64,000 nt of DNA from Thermoplasmatota archaeon (GCA_029762535.1 JARVGK010000002.1:73603-137602), one strand, 5' to 3'; shown: positions 36,798-48,368, numbered from the stretch's first letter. Notes: a model not told the origin generated them from the sequence alone. Made by a program: numbers and translations.

Positions 36798-38102
36798 CTA
36801 TGCCTCGGAACCCTTTGCGAACAGGAACACATGGACCGGGACCACGTTCTCCTGGAACGTGTCTTTGGACAGTACTACGAATCTCTTGAAATGAGCCCTG
36901 TTGTATTGGTCTTTTGATGTGATCCGGGTTTGGTACTTCACCTCGATCCCGAGGTCCTCTTCGATGACGAAATCCGTCTCCTTCTTGATCTTCGTATAGT
37001 GAATGGTCTTCATGGGATCAGCAGATTTGATATTGGATGCCACGATCCCTTCGATGACCTTTTCCTTATCTACCTGGATGTTCAGCTTCTCGGAGAGGAC
37101 TCGAAGTATGAAAGGGTCGTAAAAGTATAGTTTCTTGTTCTTCACGTGATCGGTTTTCTTGGATCCGATATCGAAGAAATAACAATCGATTATGACGAAG
37201 ATATGTGTCAGCACCTCTATGTAGGAAGCGATCGTGACATGACTCCTCACGGACGATCTCTTGGCCAATGAGTCCCAGGAGATGGGAGTGCTGTAGGTTT
37301 GAAGGATCCCCTTCATCACCTCTTTTAGCGTTTGCTCGTTCTTGCCTTCCTTTATCACATCGCCAACGATCCAGGAGTAGTAGAGATCGTAGATGAAAGG
37401 GGGGAACTCTCCATTATCCGAGTATTCGTTTATGGCCAGAGGTATTCCACCGGTATTGAGGTATCTCTCGAACAATACCTTGAGCTCGGAACTTTGATAT
37501 CTCAGCTCTGCCGGGCCTTTCTTCTCGTTTCGGGCATAGAATTTCGGATCGGTCAGTCGGACGTATTCCCTGAAGGTCAGTGGAAGCAGGAAAAGGTCCT
37601 TACCATGCTTTCCTCTCCTTCCGGGAAGCCTCTCCGATCCCTTCTTGAGGTCCATCGAGTTCGATCCAGTGAGGATGAAACAGGCATCAGGGGCTAGATC
37701 AATGTCAATGAGGAACTTTATGGATCTCTGCCAGTCACCGATACCGGTGATCTCGTCAAGGATGATGAACTTCGGTTCGGATCCCATCACCTTGCTGAAC
37801 TCGACGTAGTCCTCGATCAATCTCTGGAGATCCTCCCTGTTGGTTAGATTGTCACAGGTCCAATAGAAGATGCCCTCCTTGGGGATCCCGTTCTTGAGGA
37901 GCTTTCTGATCAGCATCTTGAGGAACGTTGTCTTTCCGATCTGGCGGGGACCTCGGATGATGTAGGTGTTTCCTCCGAGGAAATCCACGTCCAGCAGAGA
38001 GGGGATGTGGACATACTTTGACCTTTCGAGCTCCATAAGATGCTTGTCCCTCTCGATCGCGTTCTCGTGATCCCACCAGGGGTTCAATGTCTTGATATTC
38101 AT
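36798..38102 (-). CDS. AAA+ ATPase with DUF4143 (COG1373-type)
   Basis: Walker A RGPRQIGKTT. Overall architecture matches this widespread archaeal/bacterial family. Confidence 0.65.
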   Translation of the reverse strand: MNIKTLNPWWDHENAIERDKHLMELERSKYVHIPSLLDVDFLGGNTYIIRGPRQIGKTTFLKMLIRKLLKNGIPKEGIFYWTCDNLTNREDLQRLIEDYVEFSKVMGSEPKFIILDEITGIGDWQRSIKFLIDIDLAPDACFILTGSNSMDLKKGSERLPGRRGKHGKDLFLLPLTFREYVRLTDPKFYARNEKKGPAELRYQSSELKVLFERYLNTGGIPLAINEYSDNGEFPPFIYDLYYSWIVGDVIKEGKNEQTLKEVMKGILQTYSTPISWDSLAKRSSVRSHVTIASYIEVLTHIFVIIDCYFFDIGSKKTDHVKNKKLYFYDPFILRVLSEKLNIQVDKEKVIEGIVASNIKSADPMKTIHYTKIKKETDFVIEEDLGIEVKYQTRITSKDQYNRAHFKRFVVLSKDTFQENVVPVHVFLFAKGSEA

Positions 38103-38446
38103 TGTTAATGATAATAACAGTCTCTTTATATAAGGATTGTTAATGTCAATAACAACCTCGTCTTGATCATCTCATCTCCATCAACCTTCCCATGGGCCGG
38201 ATCTGACCAGTCTCGCTTTCTTGTACCTTGGGAAAAAGAACGATGGAAATCGATCTCGAGGCCTAGAAATAGCATTGGTCGAAGGACCGATGAGGGATAA
38301 TGGTATAGAACGGCCTGCATGGTTATAGCAGGGTCTTTGATGACAGGGATGTCAGGAAAGTGTTTTCCGACCAGTCGGATCCGATCCGGTCAGAAATAAT
38401 GGACCTCAGACACAATGTGGCATCGAGCCGATATCCTTCAGGACGA

Positions 38447-39388
38447 TCAGATCATGCTCGTCCCGGCCCTGCCCTCCAAGGCCTCGAAGCCGTCCTTGAT
38501 GGAGGATATTATCACTTTTTTCCCCCCTCCCTCGAGGAACTGTATTGCCGACTCGATCTTTGGACCCATGGACCCCTTCGGGAACTGCCCCTGCTCGAGA
38601 TAGGCCTTTGCTTCCTCCAGTGTTGCGTTGCGGAGCTTTCTCTGGTCCGGAGTGCCGTAGTCGAGGTACACTCCGTCCGCCTCCGTGAGGATCAGAAGGA
38701 TCTGCGCCCCGATGTTGAGACCGAGGACGGCGGAGGCACGGTCCTTGTCTATCACGGCATCGACGCCCTCCCAGCGGCCGTCGTTCTCCCTATACACCGG
38801 GATCCCGCCGCCTCCGGCGGCGATGACGATCTTACCGGAGTGGACCAGATCCCTTATCGTTTGGCCGTTGATTATCTGAAGGGGTATCGGCGAGGGTACG
38901 ACCCGCCTCCATCCCCGACCCTTGTCCTCCTTTACCGTCCATCCGAGCCTGTCTCTCAGTTTCAGGGCCTCCTCCTCCGTGTAGAACTGGCCCACGAACT
39001 TGTTCGGGTCCTTTATCGATGGATCATCGCGGTCCACCTCCACCTGGGTTGCTATCGTTACCACGTCCCTTTCAACGCCTTTTAGGATCAGCCCGTTCTG
39101 CAGAGACTGCTCTATCATGTAACCGATCCCGCCCTGTGTGTCGGCGACGAGTACGCCCAGGGGCAGGTCCGGGGCGACGCTTCTGGCCATCTCGACCCTC
39201 AACAGTGCGTTCCCCACCTGCGGCCCGTTCCCGTGTGTGATCGCCATCCTGTAGCCCTCCTCTATCATTTTGAGGATGGGGGGCAGGCTCTCCCTTGTGT
39301 GCCTGAACTGGTTCTGTATGGTGTCGGGGATCCCTTTCCTGGTTATCGCATTGCCGCCGAGGGCAACGACAACGGTCTTCCTCTTCAT
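38447..39388 (-). CDS. arcC: carbamate kinase
   Basis: 313 aa. MKRKTVVVALGGNAI...THGNGPQVG and the C-terminal AAGGGGIPV are carbamate kinase signatures. Confidence 0.75.
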   Translation of the reverse strand: MKRKTVVVALGGNAITRKGIPDTIQNQFRHTRESLPPILKMIEEGYRMAITHGNGPQVGNALLRVEMARSVAPDLPLGVLVADTQGGIGYMIEQSLQNGLILKGVERDVVTIATQVEVDRDDPSIKDPNKFVGQFYTEEEALKLRDRLGWTVKEDKGRGWRRVVPSPIPLQIINGQTIRDLVHSGKIVIAAGGGGIPVYRENDGRWEGVDAVIDKDRASAVLGLNIGAQILLILTEADGVYLDYGTPDQRKLRNATLEEAKAYLEQGQFPKGSMGPKIESAIQFLEGGGKKVIISSIKDGFEALEGRAGTSMI

Positions 39389-39467
39389 GTATTTCCTCCC
39401 TTTTAGGCGGAGTTGGGTGTTAGGTAGAACGTATTATTTATAATGGATTGAGCCGTTTTGTCAAGAT

Positions 39468-39818
39468 ATGACGAGAAAGGTGGCGTTGTTCGCTTTCAAC
39501 GGGGACCAAATGTGCTTCGTTCATGTCCTCCTCAACAGCCTGGACATGGCAGATAGGGGATACGATGTCAAGCTGGTCATCGAGGGATCGGCAACGGGAT
39601 TGATCCCCCGCTTCTCGGACCCTGCCGAGCCTTTCAAAGCCCTCTATTCCAGGGTCCTCTCCGAAGGATTGATAGACAGCGCCTGCAAGGCGTGCTGTAG
39701 CAAGATGGGGACATTGGGTTCCGCTCGGGAACAGGGGATCCGCCTCTCCTTTGATATGTCGGGCCATCCCTCTATAGCGAGGTACATCGAAGATGGATAC
39801 GAGATAATGACCTTCTGA
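39468..39818 (+). CDS. DsrE/DsrF/TusD-like sulfur-relay family protein
   Basis: 116 aa. The fold-typical N-terminus is KVALFAFNGDQ, and there is a conserved Cys. Confidence 0.4.
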   Translation: MTRKVALFAFNGDQMCFVHVLLNSLDMADRGYDVKLVIEGSATGLIPRFSDPAEPFKALYSRVLSEGLIDSACKACCSKMGTLGSAREQGIRLSFDMSGHPSIARYIEDGYEIMTF

Positions 39819-39871
39819 GAGGGGTCAGCTATATCTCCATCCAGTGCGATACCTCTTATGGAGGGACCTCC

Positions 39872-40297
39872 ATGGACGATGATAAAGAGCTCGAGATGAT
39901 ACGAAAAAGGAAGATGGAATCGCTCATGAGGGAGATGGAGGAAGCGTCCCACAAGGCGCCCTTCCCCGACCGTCCAATCGACGCGACGGACCTGGACTTC
40001 AAGGATGTGATATCCAGATACGAATTGGTACTGGTGGATTTCTGGGCCCCGTGGTGCGCACCGTGCAAGATGGTCGCCCCTGTCATCGAGAAGCTGTCCT
40101 CCGAGTTGAAGGGAAAGGTCGCTTTCGTCAAGGTCAATGTCGATGAGAACCCCCTCACCGCAAGGTCCGATCAGGTCATGAGCATACCTACAATGGTGAT
40201 CTACTCAAAGGGAAGAATGGTGGACCGCTTCGTCGGAGCTCAGAGCAAGGCGGCCATCGAGGAGAGGCTTCGAAGGCACATGCCCAAAAGTGAGTGA
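39872..40297 (+). CDS. trxA: thioredoxin
   Basis: WAPWCAPCK active site and the thioredoxin fold. It has an N-terminal approximately 35-aa charged extension. Confidence 0.75.
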   Translation: MDDDKELEMIRKRKMESLMREMEEASHKAPFPDRPIDATDLDFKDVISRYELVLVDFWAPWCAPCKMVAPVIEKLSSELKGKVAFVKVNVDENPLTARSDQVMSIPTMVIYSKGRMVDRFVGAQSKAAIEERLRRHMPKSE

Positions 40298-40956
40298 TCA
40301 CATCCCTTATCACCCTTAAATACACCTTCACCCTTGGATGTGGTGTGGTCCGGATGATCCGCTACCCCGAGCACGGACTTACGCCTCGAGAGATCGAGGA
40401 TATGGAGCCGAGGCGCAACATCATCAAGGCCGCCGTCATGCTGATGCTCATTTTCATATTGTCCCTGGTCCTGAGCTATCTGTTCAAAGGTGAGCTCGAA
40501 GCGGCTGGTCTATGGCTCGTTGAGAGGCTGGGCTTCTTCGGGATGTTCCTGACGGTCCTCATCATGGACACGTTCATAATGCCCGTCTCTCCGGACATCG
40601 TGATATTCGTCTCTATAGCTGGCGACATGAACCCGCTCCTCGCGCTGATTGCTATGATATCCGGATCTATCTTAGGCGGGAACCTCGGATATCTCATCGG
40701 GAGATACATCGGCAAGACCAGATCGGTCCGGGTCATGATGGGGCGCAACTACAACAAGGGGGTGTACCTGGCCTCGAGATACGGCATGAGGGCCGTTGTG
40801 CTCGGGGCGTTCACGCCGGTGCCTTTTTCAACGACATGCTGGCTGGCAGGGATGTTCCAGTTAAGGTATGTCGAGTTCCTCATAGCGACGACCTATCGGA
40901 TGCCCAGGTTCCTTCTTTGGTACCTGATAATAGGGACGGGCTTCAATTTCATCTGA
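40294..40956 (+). CDS. DedA/VTT-domain (YqaA-like) membrane protein
   Basis: Polytopic. The motif is GGNLGYLIGRYIG. Overlaps the trx stop (ATGA). Confidence 0.45.
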   Translation: MITSLITLKYTFTLGCGVVRMIRYPEHGLTPREIEDMEPRRNIIKAAVMLMLIFILSLVLSYLFKGELEAAGLWLVERLGFFGMFLTVLIMDTFIMPVSPDIVIFVSIAGDMNPLLALIAMISGSILGGNLGYLIGRYIGKTRSVRVMMGRNYNKGVYLASRYGMRAVVLGAFTPVPFSTTCWLAGMFQLRYVEFLIATTYRMPRFLLWYLIIGTGFNFI

Positions 40957-40957
40957 A

Positions 40958-42040
40958 TCACGGGATGATCTCGCAGCCGTCGTTTATCCTGGGATGGTCA
41001 AAGCTGTCAGCGGGCAGTATCCCTTCATCCAGCAGGTGCCTGACCTCGGGAAGGGCCTCGCGGAGGAGGTCTATCATCCTCCCGGTCGATACGCATACCC
41101 TGTCGAACAGTTCCCGGCCCCAAGACATCGTCATATTGGAATACAGGCAGCGTCCCCCGCATATGTCCAATATGTCGCACTCCGTGCATGGCGAGCCAAC
41201 CGGACGGGACCCGGCGATGTCAGAAGGGCGGGATGAACAGATGTGTCCTACGAGCGAATAGGGCAGCTCCGGGGCGATGGGGCACGCGTGTATCTCTCCC
41301 GAGGTCATTATCGAGAACGAGTCGATCCCCGAACCGCATCTGAGGGACGAGGGGATCCCGGTCAGAAGCGTACTCATCAACGGGATGAAAGGCACGATCC
41401 TGGGCCGCCCCCCCTTGCGGAGGTGATGCAGGAAATGATCGACAAGCCGGGATATGCCATCGTCGTAACGATCGAGGAATCCTGTTATGTCCTCCCTATT
41501 CTCTATCTCCGACCAGAAAACATCGAGCTGCCAGTGGACATGGTCGAATATTTCGTTCCCGGCATCGAGAAGATGCGTCACGTCCCGAAGTATATCTCCC
41601 CCGTCCGAGAACGCCATCCTTGCAACGAGATCCCCCGTAAAACCCCTATCCCTCATATCCATGACGTTATTCATGACCCTGTCGTACGTCCCCGCACCCC
41701 TGTTGTGATCCGTTATCTCCCGGGATCCGTCTATGGAGACCAGGATCGAATGGAGACGCTTGAGATAGGCATCGGGCAGGCTCTTGAGCAGGGTCCCGTT
41801 CGTCTGCAGCGTGAAGGCCCTTGCAGGGATACGGTCCATTATCTCGACCATCCGATCCACGGCCAGGAGGGGTTCGCCCCCGTAGAAGCCTATCACTGGA
41901 CCGTCGTCGAGGGATAGGAACCGGCCAAGCTCCCCGATGTCGTAGGATATGTTCAGGGGCAGGTCCGGTATGTTCCTGGTGCCTCCGCAGTAGCGGCAGG
42001 AGAGATTGCACCTCTCGGTCGTTATGACATGATACTGCAT
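40958..42040 (-). CDS. radical SAM protein with C-terminal SPASM-type Cys-rich domain
   Basis: CNLSCRYCGG (CxxxCxxC). C-terminal cluster C...C....CxxC..C..C. Confidence 0.65.
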   Translation of the reverse strand: MQYHVITTERCNLSCRYCGGTRNIPDLPLNISYDIGELGRFLSLDDGPVIGFYGGEPLLAVDRMVEIMDRIPARAFTLQTNGTLLKSLPDAYLKRLHSILVSIDGSREITDHNRGAGTYDRVMNNVMDMRDRGFTGDLVARMAFSDGGDILRDVTHLLDAGNEIFDHVHWQLDVFWSEIENREDITGFLDRYDDGISRLVDHFLHHLRKGGRPRIVPFIPLMSTLLTGIPSSLRCGSGIDSFSIMTSGEIHACPIAPELPYSLVGHICSSRPSDIAGSRPVGSPCTECDILDICGGRCLYSNMTMSWGRELFDRVCVSTGRMIDLLREALPEVRHLLDEGILPADSFDHPRINDGCEIIP

Positions 42041-42100
42041 CGGCCCACCTCATACCGATCCGGATAATATCGGTTGCGGAATCTTCGAGGGCCTTTTCGA

Positions 42101-42583
42101 TCATACCGTCGATCCTATCTCCTCCAGACGGTCCATTACGTCCTCCTCAAGGGCCCTGTCCTTCAGATAATCCATATCCAACCGGTCCAAGTATATGCCG
42201 TAGAGGTATCTGGCCTGCTCGCAGTCGGTGTTCGATCTCCACCATTTACAAGCGCACAACCTGTCCACAAGAAGGTCCTCGACCGATATGACCCTTATCA
42301 CATGGTCCGTCCCCTTGATGGCGATCTCATTGTATCTTCCGTACAATCTGGATCCCACTATATCGATGAAGATCTTGTCCTTTATGAAGTACCTGCCCTC
42401 CTTTGAAAAACCCAAAGTGAGCAGGATCGGGGCGATCTCCTTGGAATTTCCGACGATGTCAACGTCTCCGGTCGTGTACATGCCTCCAGTGTAGAACTCG
42501 ACCGCGCTGCCCCCTACCATCACCGGACTTCTCCTTGCGGCATTGGATATCTCCGACAGGAGTTCGATAAGTCCGCTATCCAT
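42101..42583 (-). CDS. minimal nucleotidyltransferase-like protein
   Basis: GGSAVEFYTGG...TGDVDIVG resembles the hG[GS]...DxD Pol-beta NTase motif. Confidence 0.35.
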   Translation of the reverse strand: MDSGLIELLSEISNAARRSPVMVGGSAVEFYTGGMYTTGDVDIVGNSKEIAPILLTLGFSKEGRYFIKDKIFIDIVGSRLYGRYNEIAIKGTDHVIRVISVEDLLVDRLCACKWWRSNTDCEQARYLYGIYLDRLDMDYLKDRALEEDVMDRLEEIGSTV

Positions 42584-42836
42584 TCAGGTCGACCTCCACG
42601 ATCATCCCGTTTTCCCAGACCACGTTCTTCCTGGCCCAATCCCTGGAGGCTTTGATCATGGCTTTAAGCTTTTTTGGATCCCTTCTCTTTTTTTCCCCAT
42701 CCCTCTCAAGCCTCTCGGCGATGTCGATGAGCTCCCCCAGGTATTCGTCATATGTCTTCCTGAACTTCAACCTGTAGAGGCGATCCCTTGTCGAGGACCG
42801 TATCTGTATCGTCGTCATCCTGTCATTATTTTCCAT
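42576..42836 (-). CDS. small basic protein (possible DNA-binding partner/antitoxin)
   Basis: 86 aa. Overlaps the downstream NTase-like gene by 8 nt. Confidence 0.3.
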   Translation of the reverse strand: MENNDRMTTIQIRSSTRDRLYRLKFRKTYDEYLGELIDIAERLERDGEKKRRDPKKLKAMIKASRDWARKNVVWENGMIVEVDLNG

Positions 42837-43018
42837 AAGATTATATAACTTATATATTATATAAATAATTTTTCTATCATATAGGAGATCTCAAAGTCTC
42901 GCCTTCCACCCCTGAATCTCCACTTCCAGATCGAGATCCGCCCCAATCCGCCAGCGGAGGGAAGGAGAGGGCCCCTGCATGTTACTATCAGAAGATCGTT
43001 CCTCCCCATCGAAAAACA

Positions 43019-45037
43019 TCATGTAACTACCTCCTCGACCTTCCCCTCGAGGGAGGCGAGGATCCCCTTCTTGATCCTCTTCACCGCCTCACCTTCCTTA
43101 GGAAGGGCGGACATGTCCATGCCCATCTTCTCGGACATGATCATGAACATCAACGATTCGAAGGCGGAATACGATCCCTCCCCCTGGCCGATGACCATTT
43201 TTGGAACCACATCCACTTTGGACTCCTCTATGGCCCTTGAAAACCTGTCCACGCTCTGCTGGAGGACCTGATATCTAGGCCCGCCGTAGGCGCGGACCTT
43301 CTCCTGTATCGCCAAAGCCTGGGCTATGCCAACTCTGGCCTGACGTTCGGCGCTCGCCTCGGCCAGTGTCCGGATCCTCATAGCCTCCTGGACGGACCTC
43401 TCGTACTCGGCCCTTCCCTGGTTCTTCTGGATATCTATGCCGATCTCGGACTCCGTCAGGAACTCCTGCTGTTTGGCCCTGGCCCTGGCCTCGTTGAGCT
43501 CCCTTTCCTTCACCGAGGCCTCCTGCTGCCTCTGGAAGGTCTCGAGCTTCTCCCTGGCGATCTGCCTGTCCCTGAGCTGGACCAGGATCTGCTCGATCCT
43601 ACCGTCATTGGTGGAGGAAGCAGGCGTGCCTATGAGCACCTCCTCAAGCTCCAGATCATAGTGGGCGAACTTCTCCTTCATATCGCTGGAAGCTGTAGCC
43701 TGGATAGCGGAGCGCTCCTGGATCAGTTCTATCAGTGTCCTGGTCTGCCCTATGTTCTTGAAGTAGGCGGCAACCATCGGGTCGAGTGTCTGGTCCACCA
43801 GCTTCTTCACGTCCCCGAAACGCTGGATCACAAGCGGGGCCCTCCTGTAATCGATGTGTATTACGACAGATAACGGCAGTTCCGGCTCGAAAGCGTCCTT
43901 AGTGATCAGGTCGATGGCGGAGAGGTTCTCGTCCAATTTATGAGATCCTATCACATTCTTGATCCACTTGAGCACGATGTTAGTGGTTGGAACAAGGATC
44001 ACCATACCAGCGTAGATGTTGAACGGGTACTTTCCTGGCATCAGGGAGTCCTTCCATACGCCTTTCTTCCCCACTTCGACCAGTTCCCCGTGTTTGTAAT
44101 CTATGCCGGATTCATCGATGCCCTTGGACCCGACATATGATACGACGACACCAACATATCCTACGGGGACTATGGTCTTGGGAACTATCTCGACCGTTGC
44201 GAACAGCCTGTTGATGAAATAGGTCCCGTCCACCAGCACCTGGTATTGCTTACCGCGGCGTCCCCCGCTCTCAAGGAAGGTCTCGGGGTCCTGGAAATGG
44301 TTATGGTTCGCCTTGGATCCTGGCACTTCGGCCCCGACCAGCGGGGCTATTATCTCCCCCGGGCTGAGAGGCGGTCCGTCGTGGACGGTGACGATCCCTA
44401 TGTTGTCCTCACTGCCCTGGATCGTGATCGGTCTGAAACCCTTCTCCCTGCGGATCTGCTCGGACATCCATTCGAAGGTCTTGCTATCATCGTGCCCGAT
44501 CTGCCAGTAGTATATCCTGTTCTCGAGGATCACGACGAACTGGGAGAGGTTGATTGCGTAGGTCCCCTCCCTCAATATCCCTCTTTGGGGGCCTCTTTGG
44601 CCGTTGTTCTCCAAGAATCCCCTTACCGATTGAAAATCATGGGACTCCTCAACGATCCTTCCAAGTGTTTGGGATGGTTTCAGAGGGACCCCGTCCCTGG
44701 CGAAGACGTAACCTATCTGGCCCCTGGGTATGGTCACCAAGGGGATCTTATGGATGCTGAAAATGTATCTGGGTTTGATATGCAATCCGCCCCTGAGGAT
44801 CTCCGGCTGATAGCCTGCCTCTTTGTTCAGGGCGATTATCCTATCCTTCAGCGAGCCCCTCGAGGACATCCTCTTCTCGACGATAGCGCAGAAATTGTTC
44901 GGAATTATCCTTATCCCGGCCATCCAGAAGAAGAATATCAGGATGGCGCCCATAAATAGAAAGACGATCTCCCACATTTTGCATTTCCTGGGGGACGATA
45001 TCGCCCCTTGGAACGATGATATTGGGATCTTTTCCAT
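43019..45037 (-). CDS. SPFH/band-7 (flotillin-like) membrane protein
   Basis: 672 aa. N-terminal TM, SPFH core, long C-terminal coiled-coil (EA repeats). Confidence 0.65.
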   Translation of the reverse strand: MEKIPISSFQGAISSPRKCKMWEIVFLFMGAILIFFFWMAGIRIIPNNFCAIVEKRMSSRGSLKDRIIALNKEAGYQPEILRGGLHIKPRYIFSIHKIPLVTIPRGQIGYVFARDGVPLKPSQTLGRIVEESHDFQSVRGFLENNGQRGPQRGILREGTYAINLSQFVVILENRIYYWQIGHDDSKTFEWMSEQIRREKGFRPITIQGSEDNIGIVTVHDGPPLSPGEIIAPLVGAEVPGSKANHNHFQDPETFLESGGRRGKQYQVLVDGTYFINRLFATVEIVPKTIVPVGYVGVVVSYVGSKGIDESGIDYKHGELVEVGKKGVWKDSLMPGKYPFNIYAGMVILVPTTNIVLKWIKNVIGSHKLDENLSAIDLITKDAFEPELPLSVVIHIDYRRAPLVIQRFGDVKKLVDQTLDPMVAAYFKNIGQTRTLIELIQERSAIQATASSDMKEKFAHYDLELEEVLIGTPASSTNDGRIEQILVQLRDRQIAREKLETFQRQQEASVKERELNEARARAKQQEFLTESEIGIDIQKNQGRAEYERSVQEAMRIRTLAEASAERQARVGIAQALAIQEKVRAYGGPRYQVLQQSVDRFSRAIEESKVDVVPKMVIGQGEGSYSAFESLMFMIMSEKMGMDMSALPKEGEAVKRIKKGILASLEGKVEEVVT

Positions 45038-45122
45038 TATACCATTTTCATTTCGAGAGGGGATTTTTATTCATAAATTCACGTAAATTCCATACTGTTT
45101 AATATCAGAAGGATCTTCCATC

Positions 45123-46334
45123 ATGGGAAGCAGCATGAAGAAGCGGCGGGGAAAGCAGCCGGCCAAGCCCGATATGGGAGAGGCCATGAAGGAGAGGTCG
45201 ATATCCCTCAAGGGAAGGCAGAACTCGACCATGAACATCCCGATGATATACAGAAGGACGTTCGAATGGACCGAGGAGAACGTGATGTTCAGGCCCGTGA
45301 ACAAGAGGAGCTTCATAGTGAGCCGGCCCGATATACCGGATGAGGAGTTCAGGGCCGAGAACCACCTAAAGAGGGACCTGGACCTGTCCGATCTACCATG
45401 GTATCATAAGGAGAGGGCCCGATCCGAAACGGACGATCCCTCCGACATGGAAGAGCTCAAAGAGATGCTTCTTTCCATGTCGCTCAAGGACAGATATGTG
45501 GACATCAACATCAATAGGCCCGCGGACAGCGGGCTCAACAGGAAGCTCAGGAGCGATCTCGAGAGGCTCTCGAGGGATCTGGGCTTCAAACTGCATTTCA
45601 AGGACCCCGTATACACATGCTCCTTCCTCTATCCGAAGCACAGCATGGTACAGATGGAGGCGATGTGCTCCGAACTACTTCTGAGATCCATCGATGCGGC
45701 ATCGTCCTTCGCCGATTCGGTGTACGAACTGGATATAGAGGGATCGGGATCCGCCCTCTCGGACCTTCTGTACTCGATACAGACCGTTGAGAGCTCGATA
45801 GACGCAGTTTTCACCGATTCGCTGAACCTGCTCTGGGATCCGCCCCCGCTCGAGCCGCCGGGCCATTTCCTGCTGATACAGGCTCACGAGGCGGTGAACG
45901 ATGAGATAGAGAATATGGCCAAGGACTCTTTGAGGTTCCTGACTCTGCTCCCGCGCAATGACAGGGACATATGCGATCTGATATGGGACGAGTTCCTGCA
46001 GGTATGGAGGACATCCGTTCTTCCCTCGTTCGGCCTGTACAGGCGGCTGATCGCCGGAGAGGGGGATCCGGAACAGAGGGCCCTTGAGAGGATACGCACG
46101 CATCGCATATGGAAGGAGAGAGAACCTTCCCCGCATACGGATTACATATCGAACATGGCTCAAAGGGTGGAGTCCACCGCAGCCAGCAGATCGGGGAAGG
46201 AGAGGATACTCGCCACCTCAGACTGCATTAAGGCGATGCAGTGCCTGTTCTCGATTAACGATTCCGCCTCCCGGATAGAGAGCATATCGCAGGTTGCAGC
46301 GACGATAATGCTATACCTTTCGAGATCGGCATAG
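45123..46334 (+). CDS. hypothetical protein
   Basis: 403-aa ORF with host-like composition and no recognised motif. Confidence 0.4.
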   Translation: MGSSMKKRRGKQPAKPDMGEAMKERSISLKGRQNSTMNIPMIYRRTFEWTEENVMFRPVNKRSFIVSRPDIPDEEFRAENHLKRDLDLSDLPWYHKERARSETDDPSDMEELKEMLLSMSLKDRYVDININRPADSGLNRKLRSDLERLSRDLGFKLHFKDPVYTCSFLYPKHSMVQMEAMCSELLLRSIDAASSFADSVYELDIEGSGSALSDLLYSIQTVESSIDAVFTDSLNLLWDPPPLEPPGHFLLIQAHEAVNDEIENMAKDSLRFLTLLPRNDRDICDLIWDEFLQVWRTSVLPSFGLYRRLIAGEGDPEQRALERIRTHRIWKEREPSPHTDYISNMAQRVESTAASRSGKERILATSDCIKAMQCLFSINDSASRIESISQVAATIMLYLSRSA

Positions 46335-47120
46335 CTTCTTCGTTATCAATACTGCAATGACGGAGGCCGAGACCAGGGCCGTTGGGAACGGAAGGGTTCT
46401 GGCCTCTCCCTTTTCGACGGGCTCATCCTCCGTTTTATTGTCCCATTCGCCCTCGATGATGTAGACCTTCGTCATAACGATATCATCTACGGGATGGTCC
46501 TTAAGCAGAGGGCGCCTGTTACCATATGTTTCGGTGGCGGCGATCCTTTTGGCAACGTCCAATCCCTCTATCACCACGCCGAAGACAGCATATCCATGCC
46601 CATTTCCAGCATCCATCCGGGGCTTGTCATCTAGACCATGCTGCGGCCCGTCGCATATGTAGAACTGCGAGGACGCGCTGTCCGGCTCCGAGGAGCGGGC
46701 CATGCCCAATGCCCCGTCGATATGGGTCGCGTCGTGGTTGATCTCGAGGGGGATGGTCTTTCCGGAACCGCCCATGCCGTCATCGTATGGATTTAGGTTC
46801 CTGGTGTTCGGATCCCCCGTCTGGGCTACGAAATCGTCTATGCATCTGTGGAACTTGATCCCGTCATAGAAGCCCGACTGGGCGAGATCAATGAAGTTCT
46901 GTGTCGTGATAGGGGTCATGTTCTCGTATAGCTCGAACTTGATGATGCCGTGGTCCTTGACCTCTATCACGGCGATCCTGTTAGGGCGGCCAATATCTTG
47001 GGCCTCGGTATATATCACACCATCCTCATAAGGTGCGGCCGAGGCGGATCGGACCATGGCGAGGGCCAACAGTGCCAGGACCAATACCGCATATGCCGCT
47101 TTCCTCAAAGGGGGTGCCAT
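46311..47120 (-). CDS. cyclophilin-type peptidyl-prolyl isomerase, secreted, C-terminal TM anchor
   Basis: Cyclophilin core [15 protein letters not shown]...GGSG. Likely signal-peptide start at [21 protein letters not shown]. The ORF extends to 47279. Confidence 0.65.
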   Translation of the reverse strand: MAPPLRKAAYAVLVLALLALAMVRSASAAPYEDGVIYTEAQDIGRPNRIAVIEVKDHGIIKFELYENMTPITTQNFIDLAQSGFYDGIKFHRCIDDFVAQTGDPNTRNLNPYDDGMGGSGKTIPLEINHDATHIDGALGMARSSEPDSASSQFYICDGPQHGLDDKPRMDAGNGHGYAVFGVVIEGLDVAKRIAATETYGNRRPLLKDHPVDDIVMTKVYIIEGEWDNKTEDEPVEKGEARTLPFPTALVSASVIAVLITKKLCRSRKV

Positions 47121-47221
47121 ATGGCCTCTTACATGGTCGGTAATCGTCATAAAGATTTCCGAAGCCTCCACAGAAGGATTAATTCCCTTTGACCGCATGA
47201 GGATGGCTGCGAGGCATATAT

Positions 47222-48328
47222 ATGACGTCAAAGGTATTCTTCGCCGATCTAAAGAGCAGGTCCGAGGAGGGAAATACACAGAACAAGCTCGTCAGGCTTT
47301 TCGATATGGCCGGAATGGACGGGATCATCGAAAAGGGAGACCTGGTAGCGTTGAAGCTGCATTTCGGCGAGAGCGGATGCGATGCACACATAAGGCCCTC
47401 GCACGTCGGGAGGATCGCCCGGAGGGTAAAGGAACTCGGGGGATCCCCCTTTGCCACGGATACGAACACTTTATACAAGGGTTCGAGGCATAACTCGGTG
47501 GACCATCTGAGGACCGCCGTGGAGAACGGGTTCGATGCTGCCGTATTGGGATGCCCCGTGATCATAGCGGATGGGTTGACGGGCAAGAATGCTGTAAGCG
47601 TGAAGGTTGACCTCAAGAGGATAAAGAGCGCAAGGATCGCAGGAGACATATTCCACGCCGATTCGATGATAGTGATGACGCATTTCAAGGCCCATATGGT
47701 GGCGGGATTCGGAGGAGCGATAAAGAACGTGGCGATGGGATGCGCCACCGCGTACGGAAAGATGGACCAGCATTTCGCGAGGCCCAATGTGGACCCCGAC
47801 GTCTGCATCGGTTGCGGCCTCTGCACCGAGGTGTGCCCCGTATCAGCCCTCAAGGTTATCCAGGGTAAGGCCAGGATCGACAAGGCGACTTGCATAGGCT
47901 GCGGCGAGTGCATGACGGTCTGCGAGAACGACGCCATAGGTCTCGATTGGGGATCGGAGATCCCCCCCTTCAACGAGAGGATGGTTGAATATGCCTTCGC
48001 CGCCGTCAAGGACAAGAAGGGCAAGGTGGGCTACATCAATTTCCTCATGCAGATCTCCCCCGACTGCGACTGCGTTCCCTGGAGCGACAGTCCGATCGTC
48101 CCCGATATTGGTATTTTGGCATCGATGGACCCTGTCGCCCTGGACCGTGCATGCTTCGACCTTGTCAACGCCCAGGAGGGGATCAAGGGATCCCATCTTA
48201 AGCGAAACCTCGCCCGGGGAGAGGACAAGTTCAAGGGGCTGAGGCCGAATACGGACGGTTACCATCAGATAAGATACGCTGCCGGGATCGGCCTTGGATC
48301 CGAGGATTACGAACTGGTCCCGTTATAA
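47222..48328 (+). CDS. DUF362 domain protein with 2x[4Fe-4S] ferredoxin domain
   Basis: [12 protein letters not shown] and [12 protein letters not shown]. Confidence 0.65.
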   Translation: MTSKVFFADLKSRSEEGNTQNKLVRLFDMAGMDGIIEKGDLVALKLHFGESGCDAHIRPSHVGRIARRVKELGGSPFATDTNTLYKGSRHNSVDHLRTAVENGFDAAVLGCPVIIADGLTGKNAVSVKVDLKRIKSARIAGDIFHADSMIVMTHFKAHMVAGFGGAIKNVAMGCATAYGKMDQHFARPNVDPDVCIGCGLCTEVCPVSALKVIQGKARIDKATCIGCGECMTVCENDAIGLDWGSEIPPFNERMVEYAFAAVKDKKGKVGYINFLMQISPDCDCVPWSDSPIVPDIGILASMDPVALDRACFDLVNAQEGIKGSHLKRNLARGEDKFKGLRPNTDGYHQIRYAAGIGLGSEDYELVPL

Positions 48329-48368
48329 CGCATCACATATGAATCCCGGGATGCCGAGTGGATGATCA

